Shown here: positions 17,412 through 26,686 of the stretch, in pieces
Layout of the letters: each line of letters begins with the position of its first letter
Numbering within the stretch: position 1 is the stretch's first letter
Assembly: GCA_963704885.1 (NCBI GenBank)
Contig: CAVPIB010000008.1
Span: 1-64,000 of the forward strand
From: an uncultured Actinomycetes bacterium
GTDB lineage: Bacteria; Actinomycetota; UBA4738; HRBIN12
Direction: 5' to 3'
DNA length: 64,000 nucleotides
Position numbers and translations under genes: made by a program
The notes under the pieces: model-generated
The model's database searches: none
Told to the model about the DNA's origin: nothing
What the model saw: the letters and a program-made list of their open reading frames with translations, nothing else

Positions 17412-18346
17412 CCGCCGCCTCGCGACCCCCTATACATCTCCTTTGGGGCGAGGACGACTTCTTGCTGCGCGAGCGGGCGTTCGAGCTGTTCGGGGAAGTG
17501 CGGCCGACCGACGTGGATGCCGCCGAGTGGCAGGGGAGCGAACTCCAGGACCTGGCCACGCCGTCGCTCTTCGGTGAGCCCCGCGCTCTCCTGATCTCCG
17601 ACGCCAAGAGCCTGCCTAGAGAGGCTCTCACGGAACTGGCCGCCTACCTGTCGGCGCCCGACCCGGAGGCGCCGCTGGTCATCTGTGCGGTGGTAGGGGA
17701 CAGAGCCAAGGTTCCCGCCGCGCTGGACAAGCTGGTCAAGCCGGTCGGCACCGTGACCGAGGTGAAGATCGCCAAGAAGGATCTGGAGCCCTGGCTGATC
17801 CAGCGGGCCAAGCGGGAAGGGCTGGACATCGTTCCGCCCGCCGTGCACGCCTTGGTCGAGACGCTCGGCGAGGAGCCGGGCGCGCTCGTGGCCGCACTCC
17901 GTCAGCTCGGCTCGGCTTTCGCCGACACGAAGATCACGCCGCAGATAGTGGCCCAGCAGTTCCGAGGGCTCGGAGAGCAGAAGGTGTGGGATCTGTGCGA
18001 CCGGGCGTTCGCGAAGGACCTGCCCGGTGCCATCCGATCCCTACGGTCGATCGAGGAGGGGCGCGACGACGCGCTGATGGTGCTGGGCGGGATCGCCGCT
18101 CGGCTGCGCGACCTGATGAAGGTGCGGGCGCTGCCCGACAGGATGCCGCCTGCCGAGATGGCGCGCGCGGCCGGACTCCGGTTCGATTGGCAGGCTCGGC
18201 GCTACCAGCAGCAGGCGCGGAACTACTCGATGGCTCAGCTGATCGTGCTCCACGAGAGATTGGTAGAGGCGGACCGGGCCATGAAGTCGGGTGCGAGCAG
18301 CGACGTGGTGATGCCTGTACTGGTCGCGGCGATCGCCGCAGAGTAG
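17408..18346 (+). CDS. holA: DNA polymerase III subunit delta
   Basis: HLLWGEDDFL, TPSLFG; canonical position between comEC and rpsT; ATGA overlap. Confidence 0.9.
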   Translation: MTAASRPPIHLLWGEDDFLLRERAFELFGEVRPTDVDAAEWQGSELQDLATPSLFGEPRALLISDAKSLPREALTELAAYLSAPDPEAPLVICAVVGDRAKVPAALDKLVKPVGTVTEVKIAKKDLEPWLIQRAKREGLDIVPPAVHALVETLGEEPGALVAALRQLGSAFADTKITPQIVAQQFRGLGEQKVWDLCDRAFAKDLPGAIRSLRSIEEGRDDALMVLGGIAARLRDLMKVRALPDRMPPAEMARAAGLRFDWQARRYQQQARNYSMAQLIVLHERLVEADRAMKSGASSDVVMPVLVAAIAAE

Positions 18347-18362
18347 GAGCGGGGTTACTCGG

Positions 18363-18638
18363 CTACTCGGCCGAAGCGCCGACCTTGTTGGCGGCCTTGG
18401 CCAGCCGTGACTTGCGACGAGCGGCGGTCCGCTTGTGGACGATCCCGCGGGAGGTGGCCTTGTCCAGCGCCTTGGCGGCCTCGCGCTGACGGGCCGCGGC
18501 GGCCTCGGCGTCGCCCTCCGCCACGGCGCTGTGGACCTTCTTGGTCGAGGTCTTCAGCGCGGTGCGGACGGCCTTGTTGCGCTCGGCGCGCTTGGCGTTC
18601 GAGCGGTTCCGCTTGATCTGGGACTTGATGTTCGCCAT
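18363..18638 (-). CDS. rpsT: 30S ribosomal protein S20
   Basis: [12 protein letters not shown]...LDKA...[15 protein letters not shown]. Confidence 0.98.
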   Translation of the reverse strand: MANIKSQIKRNRSNAKRAERNKAVRTALKTSTKKVHSAVAEGDAEAAAARQREAAKALDKATSRGIVHKRTAARRKSRLAKAANKVGASAE

Positions 18639-18704
18639 GAGAGTGCCCGAGTCTACCAGCGACCCGATGCTCGGCCGCCCGGCCCCCGTACCATGGGTGG
18701 CGCT

Positions 18705-20516
18705 GTGACCGACACCTCCCACATCCGGAACTTCTGCATCGTGGCGCACATCGACCACGGCAAGTCCACGCTGGCCGATCGGCTGCTGGAGATCACCCAC
18801 ACCGTCGAAGGCCGCAACATGCGGGCCCAGTACCTGGACAAGATGGACCTGGAGCGAGAGCGCGGCATCACGATCAAGGCCCAGTCGGTCCGATTGGCGC
18901 ACGACGGGTTCGAGCTGAACCTGATCGACACGCCCGGGCACGTGGACTTCACGTACGAAGTGTCGCGATCGCTCGCCGCCTGTGAGGGCGCGATCCTGCT
19001 GGTCGACGCGGCCCAGGGGTTGGAGGCGCAGACCCTGGCCAACTACCACCTGGCGCGCGACGCCGGCCTGGTGATCGTGCCGGCGATCAACAAGATCGAC
19101 CTACCGGCGGCTGAGCCGGACCAACGGGCCAAGGAGCTGGCCACGCTCCTGGGCCGAGACGAGGACGAGATCCTTCGGATCTCGGCGAAGACCGGCGAGG
19201 GCGTTCCGGAGCTGCTCGCTGCGGTGATCGCTCAAGTGCCGCCTCCGGTCGGCGATCCCACTAAGCCGGTTCGCGCCCTGATCTTCGACTCCATGTTCGA
19301 TGCGTATCGCGGGGTGATCACGTACGTCCGCGTGCAGGAGGGCGTCCTGCCTTCGAACGCGCGGATCAAGATGTTCGCGACGCGTGTGGAATCCGAGGCC
19401 GAGGAGACCGGCGTGAACGCGCCCGAGCCCACACCGGTGCCGCAGCTGGGGCCCGGCGAGGTCGGCTACCTGGTGACGGGGCTGAAGGACGTCCATCAGG
19501 CGAAGGTTGGGGACACGATCACGCTCGCGGGCAAGGCCGGCGCGTCCGAGCCGCTGCCCGGCTATCGCGAGCCGAAGCCGATGGTGTGGTCCGGGCTCTT
19601 CCCAGCGGAGGGCGGTGACTACTCCGAGCTACGCGAGGCTCTCGACAAGCTGAAGCTCTCGGACTCGGCGCTCGTGTACGAGCCTGAGACCTCCATGGCG
19701 CTCGGCTTCGGGTTCCGCGTGGGGTTCCTGGGACTGCTCCACATGGACATCGTGCGCGAACGTCTGGAGCGGGAGTTCGGGCTGCAGCTGATCTCGACCG
19801 CGCCGAACGTGGAGTTCCATGTGTTCAGGGGCGACGAAGAGATCGTGGTTCACAACCCGTCCGAGATGCCGTCCGGGGGGGACCACGACCGTGTCGAGGA
19901 GCCGATCGTGTACGCCACGATCATCACGCCTGCCGACTATCTGGGGCCCGTGCTGGATCTATGCCAGTCGCGTCGCGGCGAGCAGGTCGACATGAGCTAC
20001 ATCACGCCCGAGCGCGTTGAGGTCCACTACATCCTGCCGCTCGCCGAGATCGTGTTCGACTTCTTCGATCAGTTGAAGTCGCGGACGCGCGGGTTCGCGT
20101 CGCTCGACTATGAGCCGTACGGCTACCAGGAGGCGAAGCTGGTCCGCGTCGACGTGCTGCTGCACAGTGAGCCCGTGGACGCGTTCAGCTCGGTGATCCA
20201 TCGAGACAAGGCGTACGTCTACGGCAAGCAGATGACCGAGCGGCTGAAGGAGCTGATCCCACGGCAGCTGTTCGACGTGGCGATCCAGGCGGCGATCGGT
20301 GCCAAGATCATCGCGCGCGAGACCGTGAAGGCCAAGCGCAAGGATGTGCTGGCCAAGTGTTATGGAGGAGACATCACGCGCAAGCGCAAGCTGCTCGAGG
20401 AGCAGAAGCGCGGGAAGGCGCGGATGCGGCGCGTCGGCCGGGTGGATGTGCCGCAGGAGGCGTTCATCGCCGCGCTCCGCGTGGACGACGGCGGCGCGAA
20501 GGAGAAGAAGAAGTAG
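18705..20516 (+). CDS. lepA: Elongation factor 4 (LepA)
   Basis: [46 protein letters not shown]; GTG start chosen (ATG 18693 possible). Confidence 0.98.
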   Translation: MTDTSHIRNFCIVAHIDHGKSTLADRLLEITHTVEGRNMRAQYLDKMDLERERGITIKAQSVRLAHDGFELNLIDTPGHVDFTYEVSRSLAACEGAILLVDAAQGLEAQTLANYHLARDAGLVIVPAINKIDLPAAEPDQRAKELATLLGRDEDEILRISAKTGEGVPELLAAVIAQVPPPVGDPTKPVRALIFDSMFDAYRGVITYVRVQEGVLPSNARIKMFATRVESEAEETGVNAPEPTPVPQLGPGEVGYLVTGLKDVHQAKVGDTITLAGKAGASEPLPGYREPKPMVWSGLFPAEGGDYSELREALDKLKLSDSALVYEPETSMALGFGFRVGFLGLLHMDIVRERLEREFGLQLISTAPNVEFHVFRGDEEIVVHNPSEMPSGGDHDRVEEPIVYATIITPADYLGPVLDLCQSRRGEQVDMSYITPERVEVHYILPLAEIVFDFFDQLKSRTRGFASLDYEPYGYQEAKLVRVDVLLHSEPVDAFSSVIHRDKAYVYGKQMTERLKELIPRQLFDVAIQAAIGAKIIARETVKAKRKDVLAKCYGGDITRKRKLLEEQKRGKARMRRVGRVDVPQEAFIAALRVDDGGAKEKKK

Positions 20517-21623
20517 TGGACACCGTCGGCGTGTACGTCCACGTCCCGTTCTGCCTTACGCGATGCGGGTACTGCGACTTCAACGCGTACGCGGGTGTGG
20601 ATCACCTGGCACCGCGTTACGTGCGGGCGTTACTGGCCGAGGCCGAGCTGGCCGCCCCCGCCTGGACCGACGACGAGGTCGTGTCGATCTTCCTGGGCGG
20701 TGGGACGCCGACCACGCTCGACGTCGCGGACCTGAAGGGCGTGGTAGCGCACCTGCGCGATCGGTTCAACGTCACTCCCGACGCCGAGGTCACGATCGAG
20801 GCGAACCCCGACACGGTGGATGAAGCCAAGCTCTCCGGGTTGTTGGCCGCCGGGTTCACGCGGCTGTCGATGGGCGCGCAGTCGTTCGATCGCGGCGTGC
20901 TCGCGGCGCTCGAGCGGGTGCACTCACCTGACGGCGTGCGGACCGCCTTCCGCGCCGCCCGCGCCGCCGGCTACGAAAACGTGAACCTCGACCTCATCTA
21001 CGGCGCGGACGCCGAAGGGCTCGACTCATGGGAGCGGACGTTGCAGGAGACCGTCGACCTCGCGCCCGAACACGTCAGCGCGTACGCGTTGACGATCGAG
21101 CCGGCGACGGCGCTCGGCCGCAAGGTGCAGGCCGGCGAGGGGCCGGCACCCGATCCCGACCTTCAGGCCGACATGTTCTCGGCGGCGTGCGATCTGCTTG
21201 GGTCGGCCGGCTACCGCCACTACGAGGTGTCGAACTGGGCGAAGCCAGGGTTCGAGTGTCGGCACAACCTCGGGTACTGGGAACGTCGCGCGTACGTCGG
21301 GCTCGGGCGCCGGCGCGCACTCGTTCCGCGACGACAGGCGCTGGTGGAACGTCCGCCCGCCCGAGGAGTACATGGATCGCGTGGAGGCGGGGGAGCTGCC
21401 GACCGGCGGCGACGAGCGGCTGCAGCCGTCGGACGCCTACCTGGAAGAGGTGTTCCTGCGCTTGCGGATCCTGGAGGGCATCCCGTCTTCGTGGGTCGAG
21501 CCCGAACGTGCGCTTCCGTTCCTGGAGAGCGGCCTGTTGCAGGAGGACGAAGGATCGCTCGTGCCCACGGAGCGCGGGATGCTCCTGCTCAACGAGCTCG
21601 TCCTGGCGCTCGCTGGCAACTAG
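20516..21623 (+). CDS. hemW: Radical SAM heme chaperone HemW (HemN-like), with an apparent frameshift at about 21305-21307
   Basis: YVHVPFCLTRCGYCDFN, GGGTPT, YEVSNW, HNLGYW; conserved GLGAGAHS is split by one extra G. Confidence 0.92.
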
Positions 21624-21645
21624 TCCGTCTCAGACTAGATGATCC

Positions 21646-23463
21646 CTACGCACATGGGAACGTCCGCTGAACGTCGGTCGGCAGTGGCTCATCGAACGGT
21701 GGTGATCCAACGGGCGCTTCGAAGTCCCTCGAGTCGAGGACGTGGAGCGTGCCGTCGGGGTCCAACGCGAACGTGATCTCGTGGATCTTCAGAACGGCGT
21801 CAGGAGAGTCGAACGGAACCGTCGAGCCGATCGACTGCACCAGGAGGACTTGGCCGGCCGCTCCGTTGCAGCTCAATCGCTGGGCGTTGCCAGCGTCGCC
21901 GCCGACTAGCAAGAGCGCCGGCTGGCCCGGCTGGAACCCGTACTCGGGATCACCCGGCTGCGCCACCTCGATCTGGAAGATCTCGAGGGCATCGGTTGCC
22001 ATCGCTCCGGTGAGGGCGAACACGCCGAGCGCGAGTTCGGTCCCGCCCCGTTGCACGACCAGCACCTCACTGATGCCGTCTCGGTTCAGGTCGGGAGCGG
22101 AGAACACGCGGCACTCCACCTCACACACGATGGGCCCGTAGTCCTTGTCGATCTGGCCGTCGCCGTCGAGATCGATCAGCACGATATTGGGGGCATCCTC
22201 CACTTGCGGACAGCCGCCCACGTCGCTCATCTTCGTTGCGACGTAAGCGGTACCTTCGGTCTTCGTGTCCCAGAAGTGTCCGGTCACGCTCGAAACGTTG
22301 CAGACCGGGAACCCCAGCCCGAGATCCTGTCCGTTGCCGGGCGATGGGTTCGACGTCGGGCTAGGAGCGGACGAGCTCTCGATGAGCGGCTGCCAGGCCG
22401 GATCCGAGCCGACCGTCACCTTCCTCAGCTCGGTCCCGTCCGGCCGGATCGTGTAGATGCTCGTGCCTTCGGGGTCGTCACGCTGGAACGCGATCACGGT
22501 CCCATCGGGCGCCCACGTTGGGCCCTGCTCGAACGCGTGCTGGTCCGTCAAGATCCGGAGATCGGAGCCTTCGGGCCGGATAGTGGCGATCCCTCCCGCC
22601 GGGGTGTCGTCCAGTGTGTTCGGCACGCGGACGAACGCGATGAAGCTGCCGTCGGGCGACCAGGCCGGCGCGGTCTCAGCCGCGTCCGGTGTGTCGGTCA
22701 TGTTGATCACAGGACCGGAGCCGTCGGCCGGGGCCGCGAAGAGGTCGAAGTTGATCGGCTCGGCGACACCGGGCAGGGGCGAGCCGGCCGCGAAGACGAT
22801 CGTCGAACCGTCGGGCGACCATGAAGGCCCGGTCTCGGCCGACAGACCCGAGAGACTCGAGTCGGTGATGCGATGCGGGGCCGCGCCTTCGAGCAGCGGC
22901 GCCATCACGTACAGGCCCTCGCCGTCACCGGCGTCACCGGCGAACACCAGTTCCATCCCGTCGGGCGACCAAGCAGGGTCGCGCCCTCCCCACGACTGCC
23001 CCGTGACCCGGCGGAGCCCGGCTCCATCGATCCCCACGACGAATACCGCCGAGCCCTGTTCGTTCGTTCGGGTGAACGCGATCAGTCGCCCGTCGGGCGA
23101 GACCGCCGGCCCGGTGTCGCTCCCCCCATCTCCGGTCGTGAGCTGGCGCGCTCCGGTGCCATCGGGCTGCACGGCCCACAGGCGCTGGCCCGCGTTCCGC
23201 ACCTCCGAGTAGACGATCAGCCCGTTCGCGACCGACGGCGTGTCACCGATCCCCTCCTCCGGTTCACGGAACGCGTTCCTCAGCACCGCGATGCCTCCGA
23301 CCGTTCCCGCCAGCACCACGACGATCAGTGCGCCCGACTGGACCTTGCGGAGGCGAGCCCGGCGAGCCCGGCGGCGGTCGACGTGCTCGAAGGCGCCGGC
23401 CGGGCTCGCCGGACGCGCAGCCTGTTCCAGCTCGCGGGTCAGGCGATCATCCAAGCGCGACAT
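21646..23463 (-). CDS. Putative anti-sigma factor: short cytoplasmic N-terminus, TM helix, TolB/PD40 propeller, Cys-containing C-terminal domain
   Basis: Repeated P.WSPDG motifs; DLDGDG and DLNRDG loops; overlaps the ECF sigma gene end. Confidence 0.8.
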   Translation of the reverse strand: MSRLDDRLTRELEQAARPASPAGAFEHVDRRRARRARLRKVQSGALIVVVLAGTVGGIAVLRNAFREPEEGIGDTPSVANGLIVYSEVRNAGQRLWAVQPDGTGARQLTTGDGGSDTGPAVSPDGRLIAFTRTNEQGSAVFVVGIDGAGLRRVTGQSWGGRDPAWSPDGMELVFAGDAGDGEGLYVMAPLLEGAAPHRITDSSLSGLSAETGPSWSPDGSTIVFAAGSPLPGVAEPINFDLFAAPADGSGPVINMTDTPDAAETAPAWSPDGSFIAFVRVPNTLDDTPAGGIATIRPEGSDLRILTDQHAFEQGPTWAPDGTVIAFQRDDPEGTSIYTIRPDGTELRKVTVGSDPAWQPLIESSSAPSPTSNPSPGNGQDLGLGFPVCNVSSVTGHFWDTKTEGTAYVATKMSDVGGCPQVEDAPNIVLIDLDGDGQIDKDYGPIVCEVECRVFSAPDLNRDGISEVLVVQRGGTELALGVFALTGAMATDALEIFQIEVAQPGDPEYGFQPGQPALLLVGGDAGNAQRLSCNGAAGQVLLVQSIGSTVPFDSPDAVLKIHEITFALDPDGTLHVLDSRDFEAPVGSPPFDEPLPTDVQRTFPCA

Positions 23464-24001
23464 GATCGTTCGCCTCCTCGAGTGGCTCGCCGAGCGCGGA
23501 GGCCAGCGCCTTCCGCGCTCGGAACAGCGACGTCTTCACGGTGCCCGCGTTCAGCTCCAGCGTCGCAGCGATCTCCGCGACGTTCAGTCCTAGGTAGTAG
23601 CGGAGGACCGTCACCTCACGTTGACGGCGGGGAAGATCTGCCAGCGCTCGTCCGATGTCGATCCTCGAATCGGCAGTTTCCGCTCCACCGTCGCCGACCG
23701 GCGACAAGACGACCGCATCCCGATGCCTCGCCTCCACCCGCATCCGGCGCAGCTTGCTCTTCGACAGGTTCATGGCCACCCTCGTAACCCAGGCCGGGAG
23801 GGACTCGATCTGCTCGCCGCGGCCCGAGCGCTCCCATGCGCGCGCCAGGGCCTCTTGCACCGCGTCTTCCGCGGCGGCCCGGCTGCCGGCGATCAACGCT
23901 ACCCCCGCCACCAGCCGCGGGTACGTCGTCACCAGGAACTCCCGGATCGTGGGCTCGTCCAGCAGGTCGTGTGCCTCTCTCTCACCGGATCGACGCTTCA
24001 A
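23447..24001 (-). CDS. ECF sigma factor (actinobacterial SigE-like); start uncertain
   Basis: AEDAVQEALARAW region 2; LADLPRRQREVTVLRYYLGL..AEIA..L....GTVKT region 4. Confidence 0.93.
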   Translation of the reverse strand: MKRRSGEREAHDLLDEPTIREFLVTTYPRLVAGVALIAGSRAAAEDAVQEALARAWERSGRGEQIESLPAWVTRVAMNLSKSKLRRMRVEARHRDAVVLSPVGDGGAETADSRIDIGRALADLPRRQREVTVLRYYLGLNVAEIAATLELNAGTVKTSLFRARKALASALGEPLEEANDHVALG

Positions 24002-24017
24002 CCCTCCCAGAGGTTGA
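23992..24017 (-). promoter_or_regulatory. Putative ECF autoregulatory promoter
   Basis: Minus strand TCAACC-N16-CGTC. Confidence 0.55.
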
Positions 24018-24028
24018 CACGCGACGTG

Positions 24029-24055
24029 TTAGCACTCGGCCACCTGGAGTGCTAC
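24029..24055. promoter_or_regulatory. CIRCE element (HrcA operator)
   Basis: TTAGCACTC-N9-GAGTGCTAC, one mismatch to consensus, directly upstream of hrcA. Confidence 0.96.
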
Positions 24056-24068
24056 GTATCATGGGCCT

Positions 24069-25112
24069 ATGGTCGAACGCGCCGAGCTGGGGCCCCGCAA
24101 GTCCGCGGTCCTGCATGCCATCGTCGAGGAGTACGTCCGCAGCGGCGAGCCCGTGGGCAGCGAGACGATCGCCGAGAGCGCCGGGATCGGGGTGTCCAGC
24201 GCCACGATCCGCAACGAGATGGCCGCCCTGGAGGAGCTCGGCTACCTCAAGCATCCGCACACGTCCGCCGGCCGCATCCCAACCGACATCGGGTACCGGC
24301 ACTACGTGGACTCGCTCCCCGCCGGCGGCCGCCTCCGCGAGGCGCAGCGCCGCGCGATAGCGGGGTACTTCGCCGAGACGATCCTGGATCTGGAGGAGGT
24401 CTTGAAAGGGAGCGTCCAGCTCCTCTCGCGCATGACGCAGTACGCGGGCCTGGCCGTTCCGCCATCAGCCGCCGATGAGCCGATCATCCGCCTCGAGCTG
24501 ATCGACATGGGTCCCACGATGATGGTGCTCGCCGTCGGCCAGCACGGACGGGTGGACAAGCGGGTGTTCGACCGGCCGGACGCGATGGACCAACGCGCGC
24601 TCGCCGAGATCGAACAACGTCTGGCTTCCCTCCGCGGCCTGACCTACACCGAGGCGCAGGTACAGCTGCTGCAGATGGCCGCGGAGGGGGCGCACGAGCG
24701 GCACGACCTGATCCTCCACGTGGCTGAGACGCTCAGGAGCGCGGACCACGGCGAGGGCGGCGCCCACATGGTGGTCGGCGGTGTCTCCAACCTTGCCGAC
24801 GAGGCGCAGGCCTGGCGCCGCGAGACCCTCCGCCGTCTGTTCGAGACCCTCGAACGCGAACAGGAGATGCTTCACGTCCTTCGAGACGTGAGCGCGGCGG
24901 GCGACGCGCTGGCGGTCACGATCGGCACCGAGCACCCCAGCACCGGCGAATGGGACGCCACGTTGATCACGGCGCCGTTCAAGGCCGGGGACGCGACGAT
25001 CGGCACGATCGGCGTGGTTGGGCCCACCCGCATGGACTACCTGTCGGCCATGGCGAGCGTCCGCGCGGTCGCGCGCCGGCTCTCCGAGCTTGCCACCGAG
25101 ATGGATCAGTAG
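24069..25112 (+). CDS. hrcA: Heat-inducible repressor HrcA
   Basis: EPVGS, SSATIRNEMA.LEE.GYL..PHTSAGRIPT..GYR.YVD, GVVGPTRMDY. Confidence 0.98.
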   Translation: MVERAELGPRKSAVLHAIVEEYVRSGEPVGSETIAESAGIGVSSATIRNEMAALEELGYLKHPHTSAGRIPTDIGYRHYVDSLPAGGRLREAQRRAIAGYFAETILDLEEVLKGSVQLLSRMTQYAGLAVPPSAADEPIIRLELIDMGPTMMVLAVGQHGRVDKRVFDRPDAMDQRALAEIEQRLASLRGLTYTEAQVQLLQMAAEGAHERHDLILHVAETLRSADHGEGGAHMVVGGVSNLADEAQAWRRETLRRLFETLEREQEMLHVLRDVSAAGDALAVTIGTEHPSTGEWDATLITAPFKAGDATIGTIGVVGPTRMDYLSAMASVRAVARRLSELATEMDQ

Positions 25113-25115
25113 CCC

Positions 25116-26222
25116 ATGGCCGCCGTACGCGATCTCTACGACATCTTGGGCGTGTCGCATGACGCCAGCCAGGACGACATCAAGCGCGCCTACCGCAAAC
25201 TGGCTCGTGAGCACCACCCCGATGTGAGCGGCGCACCGGAGGCCGAGGATCGCTTCAAGGAGGTCGCCGGTGCCTACGAGATCCTGTCGGATCCCGAGAA
25301 GCGACAGCGCTACGACGCGTTCGGGCAGTCGGGTGGTCCGGCCGGGCAGCAGTTCACCGACATCCAGGACATCTTCGATATGTTCTTCGGCGGTGGGTTC
25401 ACCTCCGGCGGAGGCAGGACCAGGCGTGCCTCGCGGACGCGTCGCGGCGAGGATCTGCAGACCGTCGTCACGCTCTCGTTCACCGAAGCCGCGTTCGGGG
25501 CGCGCAAGGAGCTACAGCTCGAACGGATGGCGGCCTGCGATCGCTGTCTGGGTAACGGCGCAGAACCGGGCACGGCGCCCATCGCTTGCCGCACCTGCGG
25601 CGGGTCGGGTCAGCTCCAACAGATGCGCCGCAGCATCTTCGGAACCGTGATGACGGCCGCGCCATGCCAGACGTGTGAGGGTACCGGTCAGGAGGTGCCC
25701 GACAAGTGCGAGCAGTGCTACGGCGACGGCCGGCTACGGGAACCTGCGACCGTGGCCGTCGACGTCCCCGGTGGTGTGGCCGACGGCATGGAGCTGCGCG
25801 TGGGCGGCGCGGGGAACGCCGGGCGGGCCGACGGTCCGGCGGGCGACCTCTTCGTGGGGATCCGCGTGGAGCCGTCGCTCGCGTTCGAACGACGAGGCCA
25901 GGATCTGCTGGCGATCCTGGATCTGTCCATGACGCAGGTTACGCTCGGGGCCGATGTCGAGATCGAGACGCTGGACGGGGTCGAGCACATACGGATCGAT
26001 CCGGGCACGGAGTCCGGCACGGTCGTCCGGCTGCGCGGTAAGGGCGTGCCCAACCTCAACCGGCGCGGTCGTGGTGACCTGTATGTCACGGTGCACGTCG
26101 TCACGCCCGCCGGGATCTCGCGAGAAGAGCGCAAGCTCTTCGAACAACTCGCAGGGCTCCGCGGCGAGGAGACGTCGAAGCGCGAGCCGGGGCACGGCAA
26201 GCTCCGACGGCCCGACGCGTGA
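25116..26222 (+). CDS. dnaJ: Chaperone DnaJ
   Basis: J-domain HPD; four CxxCxGxG repeats. Confidence 0.98.
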   Translation: MAAVRDLYDILGVSHDASQDDIKRAYRKLAREHHPDVSGAPEAEDRFKEVAGAYEILSDPEKRQRYDAFGQSGGPAGQQFTDIQDIFDMFFGGGFTSGGGRTRRASRTRRGEDLQTVVTLSFTEAAFGARKELQLERMAACDRCLGNGAEPGTAPIACRTCGGSGQLQQMRRSIFGTVMTAAPCQTCEGTGQEVPDKCEQCYGDGRLREPATVAVDVPGGVADGMELRVGGAGNAGRADGPAGDLFVGIRVEPSLAFERRGQDLLAILDLSMTQVTLGADVEIETLDGVEHIRIDPGTESGTVVRLRGKGVPNLNRRGRGDLYVTVHVVTPAGISREERKLFEQLAGLRGEETSKREPGHGKLRRPDA

Positions 26223-26239
26223 ATCGCTAGGCTTCCCTC

Positions 26240-26602
26240 ATGTCCGATCTCGCGTTCGACGCCGAGTGCGTCTTCTGCAAGATCGCGGCTCGGGAGATCC
26301 CCGCCGAGATCCTGCACGTGTCCGACACCGTGGTGGCGTTCCGCGACCTTAACCCCCAGGCGCCGGTGCACATCCTGCTGATCCCCAAGGAGCACATCAC
26401 GTCTATCGCCGACGTCGAAGACCGCCACGGCGACGTGCTCGCCCACCTCGCTCAAGCGGCCGCCCACCTCGCGAACGCCGAGGGTATCTCCGACGGAGGC
26501 TGGCGACTGGTTTCGAACGTCGGCGTGGACGGTGGCCAGACCGTCTTCCACCTGCACTTCCACCTACTCGGAGGCCGGCCAATGACCTGGCCCCCCGGAT
26601 AG
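26240..26602 (+). CDS. HIT-family nucleotide-binding protein (HinT-like)
   Basis: CVFCKI, PQAPVHILLIPK, GQTVFHLHFHLLGGR. Confidence 0.96.
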   Translation: MSDLAFDAECVFCKIAAREIPAEILHVSDTVVAFRDLNPQAPVHILLIPKEHITSIADVEDRHGDVLAHLAQAAAHLANAEGISDGGWRLVSNVGVDGGQTVFHLHFHLLGGRPMTWPPG

Positions 26603-26620
26603 AGCCGGTATGATTCGTGA

Positions 26621-26638
26621 GGCCGTCCTAGGACGGCC
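26621..26638. promoter_or_regulatory. Perfect 18-bp palindrome just downstream of a putative phoH -10
   Basis: GGCCGTCCTAGGACGGCC; TATGAT at 26609-26614. Confidence 0.5.
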
Positions 26639-26686
26639 CTTGCTCTACACAGGAGGGAACGGGGCTCGGCCCCGAGAGACGACTAC

